Shown here in pieces: positions 50,045 to 60,700 of a DNA stretch of 64,000 nt. Numbering within the stretch: the first letter of the stretch is position 1; each line of letters opens with the position of its first letter. The stretch is from Candidatus Eiseniibacteriota bacterium (lineage in GTDB: Bacteria > Eisenbacteria > RBG-16-71-46 > CAZAMP01): positions 1,184,001 to 1,248,000 of the forward strand of contig OZ245046.1 in NCBI GenBank assembly GCA_965224245.1, read 5' to 3'. Under the pieces are notes generated by a model that made no database searches, was not told where the DNA came from, and was given only the letters and a program-made list of their open reading frames with translations. Made by a program: the position numbers and the translations under genes.

Positions 50045-51679
50045 CTAGTCGGCCTCCAGGAACGGGTATCGGTAGTCGGTGGGCGGAACGAACGTCTCCT
50101 TGATCGTCCTCGGTGAGACCCACCTGATGAGATTCAGGTGGCTCCCCGCCTTGTCGTTCGTCCCGGATGCCCGGGCGCCCCCGAACGGCTGCTGGCCCAC
50201 GACGGCTCCGGTCGGCTTGTCGTTGACGTAGAAGTTGCCCGCCGCGTTCACGAGCGCCTCGCGCGCCTCGATGATCGCCCGGCGATCGCGGGCGAACACC
50301 GCACCGGTGAGCGCGTAGGGGCTCGTGGTGTCGACGAGCTCGAGCGTCTTCGACCAGTCGCGCGTGGCGTAGACGTACACCGTCAGCACGGGTCCGAAGA
50401 TCTCCTCCTCCATGAGCTTGAACCGGGGATCCTCGGCCAGGACCACGGTGGGCTCGATGAAGTAGCCCATCGAGTCATCGGATCCACCGCCGAACAGGAT
50501 CTCGGCCTTGCGAGAGCGCTTCGCGAAGTCGATGTACCTGGTGATGCTCGAGAACGCGGCCCGATCGATGACCGCGTTCACGAAGTTCGTGAAGTCGCGG
50601 GGATCGCCCATCGTGATCTCGGCGAGCATGCGGCGCATCTGCTTCTGGACCTTCGGCCACAGGCTCTTGGGAACGTAGGCGCGACTGGCCGCCGAGCACT
50701 TCTGGCCCTGGTACTCGAACGCACCGCGCACGAGCGCGGTGGCCAGGGCGTCGGGATCGGCCGAGGCATGGGCCACGACGAAGTCCTTGCCGCCGGTCTC
50801 GCCGACAATCCGCGGATACGACTCGTATGAGGCGATGTTCCCGCCGATCGTCTGCCACATCGACTGGAAGACGCCCGTGGAGCCGGTGAAGTGCACACCG
50901 GCCAGCTTCGGGTGGGCCAGCACGAGCGGCCCGACCGCGCGGCCGGATCCGGGCACGAAGTTGATGACGCCGTCGGGCACGCCGGCTTCCCGGAAGAGCT
51001 CCATCAGGTAGTGGGCGCTGTAGAGCGCGCTGGAGGCCGGCTTCCACACGACGGTGTTACCCATCATCGCCGGCGCGGTGGGGAGGTTTCCCGCGATCGA
51101 CGTGAAGTTGAACGGGGTGACCGCGAACACGAAGCCCTCCAGCGGGCGGTGCTCGAGCTGGTTCCAGGTTCCCTGCGGGCTGTAGGGAGGCTGCTCGGCG
51201 TAGATCGACTCCATGTACGACGTGTTGAAGTTCAGGAAATCGACGAGCTCGGCGGCAGCGTCGATCTCGGCCTGGAAGACGTTCTTGCTCTGACCGAGCA
51301 TCGTGGCTGCGTTGATCCGATCGCGCCAGGGACCGGAGAGCAGCTCGGCCGCCCGCCGGAAGATCGCCGCGCGTTCCTGCCACGGCATGCGGGCCCAGTC
51401 GTGGCGGGCGGCCAGCGCCGCGTCGATGGCCTGCCGGACCTCCTTCTCGCCGGCCTGGTGACACTCGCCGAGCACGTGCCGGTGGTCGTGAGGCATGGCC
51501 AGCGTGGTGAGCTTGCCGGTCCTCACGGGCTTGCCACCGATGAGGAGGGGGGCCTCGATCCGCTCGGCCGCCATCGCGTCGAGGGTCCGCGACAGCGAGA
51601 CGCGCTCGTGGCTGCCCGGCCGGTACTCGAGCACCGGCTCGTTGACCGGCTCCGGAAGCGTGAAAATGCCGTGCGACAT
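50045..51679 (-). CDS. pruA: L-glutamate gamma-semialdehyde (P5C) dehydrogenase
   Basis: NEPVL.Y, TMLGQSKN..QAEIDA, ETGGKDF, FEYQGQKCSA, DKPTGAVVGQQPFGGARASGTNDKAG. Confidence 0.95.
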   Translation of the reverse strand: MSHGIFTLPEPVNEPVLEYRPGSHERVSLSRTLDAMAAERIEAPLLIGGKPVRTGKLTTLAMPHDHRHVLGECHQAGEKEVRQAIDAALAARHDWARMPWQERAAIFRRAAELLSGPWRDRINAATMLGQSKNVFQAEIDAAAELVDFLNFNTSYMESIYAEQPPYSPQGTWNQLEHRPLEGFVFAVTPFNFTSIAGNLPTAPAMMGNTVVWKPASSALYSAHYLMELFREAGVPDGVINFVPGSGRAVGPLVLAHPKLAGVHFTGSTGVFQSMWQTIGGNIASYESYPRIVGETGGKDFVVAHASADPDALATALVRGAFEYQGQKCSAASRAYVPKSLWPKVQKQMRRMLAEITMGDPRDFTNFVNAVIDRAAFSSITRYIDFAKRSRKAEILFGGGSDDSMGYFIEPTVVLAEDPRFKLMEEEIFGPVLTVYVYATRDWSKTLELVDTTSPYALTGAVFARDRRAIIEAREALVNAAGNFYVNDKPTGAVVGQQPFGGARASGTNDKAGSHLNLIRWVSPRTIKETFVPPTDYRYPFLEAD

Positions 51680-52010
51680 GGTGTGGTCTCCCTGAGGCTG
51701 GCCCGCTGCACGAGCCGAAGGTGGCCGTTCGACGCCGGGTCGGCGTCAAGGTGTCGCTCGCCGGTCTAGGCCGATGCGGCCACCGGGAACGCGCACGTGG
51801 AATCATGCAGAAATGGCGCGGGGTTGCAAGTCGGCCCGGGGCCGCCCTGTGCAGGCGCGGGCATTCGCCTTTCGCCGGGCCCGGTACACGGGTATCATCG
51901 CGCGCTTCTCGGGGGCGGCGCGGACGACCGGTCAACCGACCGAACGATGGTCGGCGGTGCGCACCGAACCTGATCAACGAAACTCGCGCGCGACGCGTTC
52001 ACGGGACGAC

Positions 52011-54686
52011 ATGATGAGCGAGCGTTGGGAGAAACCCGTCGACATCGCGGTCGCGACCGGGCTGACGCTGGTCGCTCTGATCGTGTACTGCCTCACGCTG
52101 ACGCCGACGGTCGCGTTCTGGGACTCCGGTGAGTTCATCGCGACGTCGTACGTGCTGGGCATCCCGCACCCCCCCGGCACTCCGCTCTACGTGCTGATCG
52201 GGAGAGTCTTCACGCTCCTTCCGGTGGCGCTTTCGGTGGCGGCGAAGGTGAACCTCCTCAGCGCCGTCACGTCCGCGCTCGCGGTGGGGCTATCGTACCT
52301 GACAACCGCACGCATTCTGGCTCACTGTGGGGAGAGCTTCGGCACACCGGGCTGGCCGCCCCGTCCCACGTGGATCGCGCGGGTCGGCGCGGGGGTGGGC
52401 GCGGGGCTGATGGCATTCTCCGACTCCTACTGGACCAACGCGATCGAGAGCGAGGTCTACGCCCTGTCGTCGCTGGTGATGGTGGGAGCGGTGTACGTCA
52501 TGCTCAAATGGCGTGACATGCGTCACCAGGGCGAGCCCTACTCGGCGCACGCGACGAAGCTCGTGGTCCTCGTGTTCTACGCACTGGCGCTCTCCATCGC
52601 CTTCCACATGGGCGCCTTCATGGTCTTCCTGCCGCTGGTGCTGTTCTTCCTGTCGGACTTCTATCCGTCACTCTCCCATCGAGACTTCGTGGTGTCGGCG
52701 ACGCTGCTGGTGGTCCTCTCGTTCTTCCTGGGGCTCGACGGAGTCCGACTGGCGATCTCCGGCGTGATCGTGGCGGTGCTGCTGCTCCTGAACTACCGGA
52801 TTGCCGGAGGCCGCAACGTGGCGGCCATCGCGGTGGCCCTCGGGCTCATGGTGCTCTGGGTCCTGATGATGCGCGAGATGGGTGGCGCGATGGGCTCGGT
52901 GGTCGGTCTGGTACTGGCCGCCGCCGTGTTCTGGGCGGCCCAGCAGCGCCTGGTGCGCAACAACCTCGGCTTCTGGATCGCGGTGGTGTTCGTGCTGGGG
53001 CTGAGCGTGCACCTGTACCTGCCCATTCGTGCAGCCCTCGACCCCCCGATCAACGAGGCCGATCCGTCCACGCTCGACAACTTCCTGAAGGTGCTCAGTC
53101 GCGATCAGTACAAGCCGGTCGATCCCTGGCACTTCCGGGCGAGCCTGGCCACGAAGTTCGACAGGCACTTCTGGCAGTACTGGAAGCCCCAGTACGAGCT
53201 GGGCATCCGGATCTTCGATCGCAATCTCCTGGCCGGGCTCCCGTTCGTCCTGGGGGCGCTCGGGGCCGCACTCAACTTCGTGCGGTCGCGCCGCACGTTC
53301 CTGCTGATGGGCTTCATCATCCTGGTGACGTCGATCGGTCTCATCTGGCACCTGAACTTCGCGGAGTACGAGGTGCGCAGCCGCGACTACTTCTTCGTGG
53401 CGCTCTTTCATTTCTTCACCATCTGGATCGGGATCGGCGTGGCCGGCCTCCTGTACCTGGTCAAGACCTCGATCGGCAGGCCCGGGGCGGCCCGCATCGG
53501 GGTGATCGGGGCGGCCGCCCTGCTCGCACTCTTGCCCATCGCCGAGCTGCGCGCGATGTGGTTCAGCCACGATCGGTCCGACTTCTACATCGCTCGCGAC
53601 TACGCGTACAACATCCTCCAGCCGCTGGAGCGGGACGCGATCATCTTCACCAACGGCGACAACGACACGTTTCCGCTCTGGTACCTGCAGGAGGTCGAGG
53701 GCATCCGCAAGGACGTCCGCGTCGCGTGCCTGAGCTTGTTGAACACCGACTGGTACATTCAGCAGTGCCGGGATCAGGATCCCAAGGTGCCGATCTCCTG
53801 GACCGACGCCCAGATCTCGCAGCTGTATCCGTTCATCACCGCCGACTACGATACCGTCCTCATCAAGGACATCGCGGTCAACGAGATCGTCCGGTCCAAC
53901 CGCTGGCAGCGCCCGCTCTACATCGCGGTATCCGTCCCCGACCTGATGGGCTTCGACGAGCGCGACCAGGTTCAGATGGAGGGGCTGGTGTGGCGCCTCA
54001 CCCCTCAGCCCGTGGCCGAGAACGTCGACGTCGAGATCCTTCGCCGGAACCTGGACGAGGTCTTCGAGTGGGATGGCCTCCTGACCGCCGATGGCAAGCT
54101 GGACTCGACCGTCTATCGCGACGAGAACACCAGCCGGCTCTGCCAGAACTACGCCGCCGCGTTCGTGCGGCTCGGCGAGGCGTACGACCGGGAGGCCCGG
54201 CGCCTGCGACAGAGTGGCGACGTGGAAGGCTACCGGCGCGCATCGCAGGACGCGATCGATCGGCTGATGACGGCCCATCAGTTCTACTCGTCACCGATCA
54301 CGCTGGCCGCCCTGGCCGCGGCCACGGTGTACTACCAGCTCGGTGAGGATGCCGTGGCCGACTCGATGTGGACGTCGATGATCGACGCATACTTCGAGGA
54401 CCCCTCGCGCGATCGCAACGGTCTCATCGTCGAGCTGCTCTGGCGCCGCGGGTCGCTCCGACTCGAGAACCAGATGACGCAGGCGGCCATGGAGGACTTC
54501 ACGACGCTCGCCGCGCTCGTTCCCGAGCTCTGGGAAGCGTGGGAGGGGCAGGCAAACTGCTACCTCGCGCTGGGCCAGCCGGAACGAGCGCTGGAGATCG
54601 TGAGGGCGTTCGTGGGCCGCCAGCCCAATCATCCCGCTGCGCGCGCGTACCTCGACACACTCCAGGCGCGTCTCGGGGAGCCGTGA
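52011..54686 (+). CDS. DUF2723/TMEM260-like GT-C membrane glycosyltransferase with C-terminal TPR-like helices
   Basis: FWDSGEFI..LGIPHPPGTPLY, ESEVY, EVRSRDYFF, FTNGDNDTFPLWY; many TM helices. Confidence 0.88.
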   Translation: MMSERWEKPVDIAVATGLTLVALIVYCLTLTPTVAFWDSGEFIATSYVLGIPHPPGTPLYVLIGRVFTLLPVALSVAAKVNLLSAVTSALAVGLSYLTTARILAHCGESFGTPGWPPRPTWIARVGAGVGAGLMAFSDSYWTNAIESEVYALSSLVMVGAVYVMLKWRDMRHQGEPYSAHATKLVVLVFYALALSIAFHMGAFMVFLPLVLFFLSDFYPSLSHRDFVVSATLLVVLSFFLGLDGVRLAISGVIVAVLLLLNYRIAGGRNVAAIAVALGLMVLWVLMMREMGGAMGSVVGLVLAAAVFWAAQQRLVRNNLGFWIAVVFVLGLSVHLYLPIRAALDPPINEADPSTLDNFLKVLSRDQYKPVDPWHFRASLATKFDRHFWQYWKPQYELGIRIFDRNLLAGLPFVLGALGAALNFVRSRRTFLLMGFIILVTSIGLIWHLNFAEYEVRSRDYFFVALFHFFTIWIGIGVAGLLYLVKTSIGRPGAARIGVIGAAALLALLPIAELRAMWFSHDRSDFYIARDYAYNILQPLERDAIIFTNGDNDTFPLWYLQEVEGIRKDVRVACLSLLNTDWYIQQCRDQDPKVPISWTDAQISQLYPFITADYDTVLIKDIAVNEIVRSNRWQRPLYIAVSVPDLMGFDERDQVQMEGLVWRLTPQPVAENVDVEILRRNLDEVFEWDGLLTADGKLDSTVYRDENTSRLCQNYAAAFVRLGEAYDREARRLRQSGDVEGYRRASQDAIDRLMTAHQFYSSPITLAALAAATVYYQLGEDAVADSMWTSMIDAYFEDPSRDRNGLIVELLWRRGSLRLENQMTQAAMEDFTTLAALVPELWEAWEGQANCYLALGQPERALEIVRAFVGRQPNHPAARAYLDTLQARLGEP

Positions 54687-54736
54687 TCGGAGGCACGGCG
54701 CGTTCGGATCGCGACGGGCCTCCGCCCGGGCGGGGA

Positions 54737-57700
54737 TCAGTCCAGGAAGACCAGCCGTCGCGTCGCGTCGTGGGTGCCCGCGCGCCAGGTCAGGAAGTAG
54801 ACGCCCGCCGGTAGGTGTGCACCCCGCGCGTCGCGGCGATCCCACTGGATCTCGTAGCGTCCGGCGGCCTGCCGGGCGTCCACGAGCCGCGCGACCTCGC
54901 GTCCGCCGACGTCGTAGAGCGAGAGGCGAACCGGCGCCGGCTCCGGCAGGTCGTAGGCGATGAGCGTCCAGCCGCGGGCCGGGTTGGGTCCGGCCCGACG
55001 GAGCGCGAATACCGTCGGCAACGGTAGCTCGTCCACGCCGACCACGCCCCCGATCGAGCTGGCGTCACTCTCGTTCCCGGAAAAGTCGCTCGTCGTGACA
55101 TGGTAGAACGCGAAGCTGGTCCCGGTGATGTCGAACAGAGGCTCGCTCGTCTGACCGAGCAGGGTCGCCTCCGGATCCAGCTCCTCGCTCTCCGAGCCGT
55201 AGATCGTGTACGTGTCGAAGTCCGCCTCGGACGCCGCTTCCCACTCGAGGAGGACCGGCGTGGTGAACGCGAGCCCGGCCGGCGGGTCCGGCGCGAGGTT
55301 GTCGACCGAGTACCCGCTGTCGGGCGGAGAGTCGAAGAAGGTCAGCGGATCGTCGGTCGTCGCTCGCACGAAGAAGACCGAGAAACACTGACCGTCGGCG
55401 ATCGTGGAGTCACAGAGTGTCGGCGCCACGGTCTGGTAGATGGCCTCGCCGTGCGCGGGTACCGTCGAGACGTAGTCCCAGCCCTCGAGCCGCGCGCCTT
55501 TGCGGAAGAGATCCTGACGCCGATAGAGCTCGTACCCCAGCACGTCCACGCCGTCGTCGGGGGCGTCGTAGAACGAGCGCTGCCACTTGAGACGGATCTG
55601 CCGTCCCTGGTCGTTGTCGACGTCCTCCAGCGACAGTAGCAGCGGCAGTGCATCGGCCAGTCCGAACGCACCGATCAGGCCGCAGGACGCTCCCGATGGG
55701 TGGTTGCCCGGCAGGCACGGGGAGCTTCCGAGGAGGTGGAAGTCGCCGGCGGCAGCGTTGATGAACTCGGGATCGAGCGAGAAGTTGCCTCCCAGATCTG
55801 CGCCGCAGAGTGCGTCCCCACCGGCGTTGCCGTACACGTCACAGCATGAGATCTGCGGCTCGTCGACCACGTCGCTGCACGAGATCGCATCGCCGATCGT
55901 GGCGAAGCTGAGGATGGACTGGGACAGCACGGGGTCCGAGTCGCCGACCGCGCGCACGTGCGCACCGGTGCCCGCGCGGTTCGCGTAGAACGTGCATCCC
56001 TGAAACGCGAGATGGGATTGGTTGAAGCACAGCACGCCGCCGCCCTGAGCGTCGGCGGCGTTGGTGTCGAAGACGCAGGCGTCGAACGTCGTGCCCGAGC
56101 CACCCTGAGACGCACCGCGCGCGTAGACTCCGCCGCCGTAGAAGGCCGAGTTACCCGAGAACGTGCACGCGGTGAAGGCCTGTGACGCAGCCTCCGTCGC
56201 ACCCTCTCCGAAGATGTAGGTGCCGCCGCCGAGCCCGACGCCGGCGTCGTTGCCGGAGATGGTCACGCTGTCGGCGTCCAGCGTCGAGAAGACCAGGTAG
56301 AGCCCACCACCGCGAGCCGTGGCCACGTTCGTGTCCACGGCGTCGCGCAGGAGCGAGAGCGAGCTGGAGAACGACGCGATGGCGCCGCCGTATCGGTCGG
56401 CGGTGTTGCCGTCGAAGCGGTTGTCCTCGAGCGTGGGAGAAGCACCGGACGACAGGTACGCACCGCCGCCGTCCCGGGTGGCGGCGTTCTCGTAGAAGCG
56501 GCTGCTGCGGACGATCGGGTTCCCGCCGTCGACGCGCATTCCCGCGCCGTCGACGGCTGCGCCGCCGGTGAACGCGAACCCGACCACGACGCCGGTGGAG
56601 TCGACGCCCGACAGGTCCAGACAGCGTCCCTGACCCTCGGCATCCACGGTGGTCAGCGCGGAACCGGACGTCGAGTGGAGAAGGACACCGGACTTCATGG
56701 TCAACATGCTGGGGCCAGAGGATGACTGCGAGGTCCACGTGTACGACCCGGCCTCGACGAGGACATCGTCGCCCGCGCGCGCCGAGTCGATCGCCGCCTG
56801 GATGGTGGGGGCGTCACCGAGACCGTCGTCGGTCACGAACCACGTCCGGGGGACGATGACGTCGCATCCCTGACCGAGTGCTCCGATCACACCGCAGCTC
56901 TCGCCGGCGGGGTGATTGCCGGGAAGGCACGGCGAGTTCTCGGCCAGAGAGAGATCGTTCGCCGGCGCATCGCAGAAGAGCGGGTCCGCGCTGAAGTTGG
57001 AGCTGAGGGTGTCCTGCAGCGCGATGCAGTCGACCCAGTCGCCGCCCAGGTTTCCGAACACGTTGGAGCACGCCAGGGTCGGTTCGCTCGTGCCCGAGCA
57101 TGCAACGGCGCCGCCGGCAGTGTTCTCGGCGATCAGCGTGCTGGAGAGCGTCGGTGAAGAGTCCTGACCGTGAATGGCGCCACCGCTCGGCGCCGCGTTT
57201 CCGTAGAACGTGCAGGACTCGATCACGACGTCGGAACTCTGGGCGCAAGCCAGCGCGCCGCCGGAGACCTCGGCGGTGTTGCCGTGGAACACCAGGCGAC
57301 GCAGCGTCGGCGTCGAGGTCGTGTCGGCCAGGATCGCACCGCCGGAGCTGGTCGTGTAACCCCCCGTCAGAGTCACGTTCGCGATGAGCGTGGCGCTCGT
57401 CTCGCCGGAGTGGAAGGTGAACACCCGATGCGGATCACCCGAGGATCCCTGCGCGTCGATCACCACCGACGCCGCATCGCCGCTGGCGCCGACGATGACC
57501 AGGTCCTTGCCACCGAGGTCGAGATCCCGGTTGCCGGCGCCGACGAACGTGCCGTCGCCCAGCGAGAGGGTGTCGCCGGCCAGCGCGGCATCGATGCCCG
57601 CCTGGAGCGTCGGGAAGTCCCCCAGCCCATCAGGGGTGATCACGAAGACCTGCTGGTCCGCCGCACACCCGACGCCCAGCGCGCCGACGTCCCCGCCGCA

Positions 57701-60700
57701 GCTCGCACCGCCCGGGTGGCTGCCGTCCACGCACGGGGAGTTGGCGGCGAGCGTGTAGTCCCCGGCACCGGCGTCACAGAACCGCGGATCGGCGGAGAAG
57801 TTGTCGTCGATCGCGTCGTCACCGGCCAGGCAGCCCACCCAGTCCCCGGCCGCGTTGCCGAACACGTCCGAGCAGGAGAGGCTCACGTCCCCGGTGCCCG
57901 CGCACCCCACGGGCTCGCCGGTGAGGTTACCGGCGATCAGTACCCGGGTACCCGACGGCACCGCATCGGTGGCCATGATCGCCGCCCCCACGGGAGCGTC
58001 GTTCTCGACGAACGTGCACGCCTCGAGCGTCAGGTCCGAGCCCATCGCGGCCGACAGCGCACCGCCGGAGACCTCGGCGGTGTTGCCGTGGAACACCAAC
58101 CGGCGCAGCGTCGGCGTCGAGGTCGTGTCGGCCAGGATCGCCCCCCCGGAGGCCGTCGTGTAGCCGCCGGTGAGCGTGAGGCTCTCGATGACGGTCGCGC
58201 TCGTCTCACCCGAGTGGAAGGTGAACACCCGGTGCGGATCACCCGACGATCCCTGGGCGTCGATCACCACCGACGCGGGATCGCCGCTGGCGCCGACGAT
58301 GACCAGGTCCTTGCCACCGAGGTCGAGATCGCGGTTGCCGGCGCCGACGAACGTGCCGTCGCCCAGCGAGAGGGTGTCGCCGGCGAGCGCAGCATCGATG
58401 CCCGCCTGGAGGGTCGGGAAGTCCCCCAGCCCATCAGGGGTGATCACGAAGACCTGCTGGTCCGCGGCACAGCCGACGCCCAGCGCGCCGACGTCCCCGC
58501 CGCAGCTCGCACCGCCCGGGTGGCTGCCGTCCACGCACGGGGAGTTGGCGGCGAGCGTGTAGTCCCCGGCACCGGCATCGCAGAACCGCGGGTCGGCGGA
58601 GAAGTTGTCGTCGATCGCGTCGTCACCGGCCAGGCAGCCCACCCAGTCCCCGGCCGCATTGCCGAACACGTCCGAGCAGGAGAGGCTCACGTCCCCGGTG
58701 CCCGCGCACCCCACGGGCTCGCCGGTGAGGTTACCGGCGATCAACACCCGGGTACCCGACGGCACCGCATCGGTGGCCATGATCGCCGCACCCACGGGAG
58801 CGTCGTTGTCGACGAACGTACACGCCTCGAGCGTCAGGTCCGAGCCCATCGCGGCCGACAGCGCACCGCCGGAGACCTCGGCCGTGTTGCCATGGAACAC
58901 CAGGCGACGCAGCGTCGGCGTCGAGGTGGTGTCGGCCAGGATCGCGCCGCCGGAGGCCGTCGTGTAGCCGCCGGTGAGCGTGAGGCTCTCGATGACGGTC
59001 GCGCTCGTCTCACCCGAGTGGAAGGTGAACGCCCGGTGCGGATCACCCGACGATCCCTGGGCGTCGATCACCACCGACGCGGGATCGCCGCTGGCGCCGA
59101 CGATGACCAGGTCCTTGCCGCCGAGGTCGAGATCGCGGTTGCCGGCGCCGACGAACGTGCCGTCACCCAGCGAGAGGGTGTCGCCGGCGAGCGCAGCATC
59201 GATGCCCGCCTGGAGGGTCGGGAAGTCCCCCAGCCCATCAGGGGTGATCACGAAGACCTGCTGGTCCGCGGCACAGCCGACGCCCAGCGCGCCGACGTCC
59301 CCGCCGCAGCTCGCACCGCCCGGGTGGCTGCCGTCCACGCACGGGGAGTTGGCGGCGAGCGTGTAGTCCCCGGCACCGGCATCGCAGAACCGCGGGTCGG
59401 CGGAGAAGTTGTCGTCGATCGCGTCGTCACCGGCCAGGCAGCCCACCCAGTCCCCGGCCGCATTGCCGAACACGTCCGAGCAGGAGAGGCTCACGTCCCC
59501 GGTGCCCGCGCACCCCACGGGCTCGCCGGTGAGGTTACCGGCGATCAGTACCCGGGTACCCGACGGCACCGCATCGGTGGCCATGATCGCCGCACCCACG
59601 GGAGCGTCGTTGTCGACGAACGTGCAGGCTTCCAACGCGACGTCCGAGCCCATCAGCGCAGCGAGCGCACCGCCGGAGACCTCGGCGGTGTTGCCGTGGA
59701 ACACCAACCGGCGCAGCGTCGGCGTCGAGGTCGTATCGGCGAGGACCGCACCCCCGGAGCTGGTCGTGTAGCCGCCGGTGAGCGTGAGGCTCTCGATGAC
59801 GGTCGCGCTCGTCTCACCCGAGTGGAACACGAAGGCCCGGTGCGGATCACCCGAGGATCCCTGGGCGTCGAGGATGACGGCCGCCGCATCGCCACTGGCG
59901 CCGACGATGACCAGGTCCTTGCCGCCGAGGTCGAGATCGCGGTTGCCGGCCCCGACGAACGTGCCGTCGCCCAGCGAGAGGGTGTCGCCGGCGAGCGCAG
60001 CATCGATGCCCGCCTGGAGGGTGGGGAAGTCCCCGAGCCCATCGGGGGTGATGCTGTACGCCAGGGAGATCGCGGCACAGCCGACGCCGAGCGCGCCGAC
60101 GTCGCCGCCACAGCTCGCACCGCCCGGGTGGCTGCCGTCCACACACGGAGAGTTGGCCGCGAGCGTGTAGTCCCCGGCACCGGCGTCACAGAACCGCGGA
60201 TCGGCGGAGAAGTTGTCGTCGATCGCGTCGTCACCGGCCAGGCAGCCCACCCAGTCCCCGGCCGCGTTGCCGAACACGTCCGAGCAGGAGAGGCTCACGT
60301 CCCCGGTGCCCGCGCACCCCACGGGCTCGCCGGTGAGGTTACCGGCGATCAGTACCCGGGTACCCGACGGCACCGCATCGGTGGCCATGATCGCCGCCCC
60401 CACGGGAGCGTCGTTCTCGACGAACGTGCACGCCTCGAGCGTCAGGTCCGAGCCCATCGCGGCCGACAGCGCACCGCCGGAGACCTCGGCGGTGTTGCCG
60501 TGGAACACCAACCGGCGCAGCGTCGGCGTCGAGGTCGTGTCGGCCAGGATCGCCCCCCCGGAGGCCGTCGTGTAGCCGCCGGTGAGCGTGAGGCTCTCGA
60601 TGACGGTCGCGCTCGTCTCACCCGAGTGGAAGGTGAACACCCGGTGCGGATCACCCGACGATCCCTGGGCGTCGATCACCACCGACGCGGGATCGCCGCT

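Noticed and set aside
259-54278. Many long Arg/Pro/Gly-rich alternative-frame and antisense ORFs (e.g. 259-1842, 14180-17311, 28939-31503, 52668-54278)
   Set aside because: Shadow ORFs expected in high-GC DNA. They overlap motif-supported genes and have no recognisable motifs.
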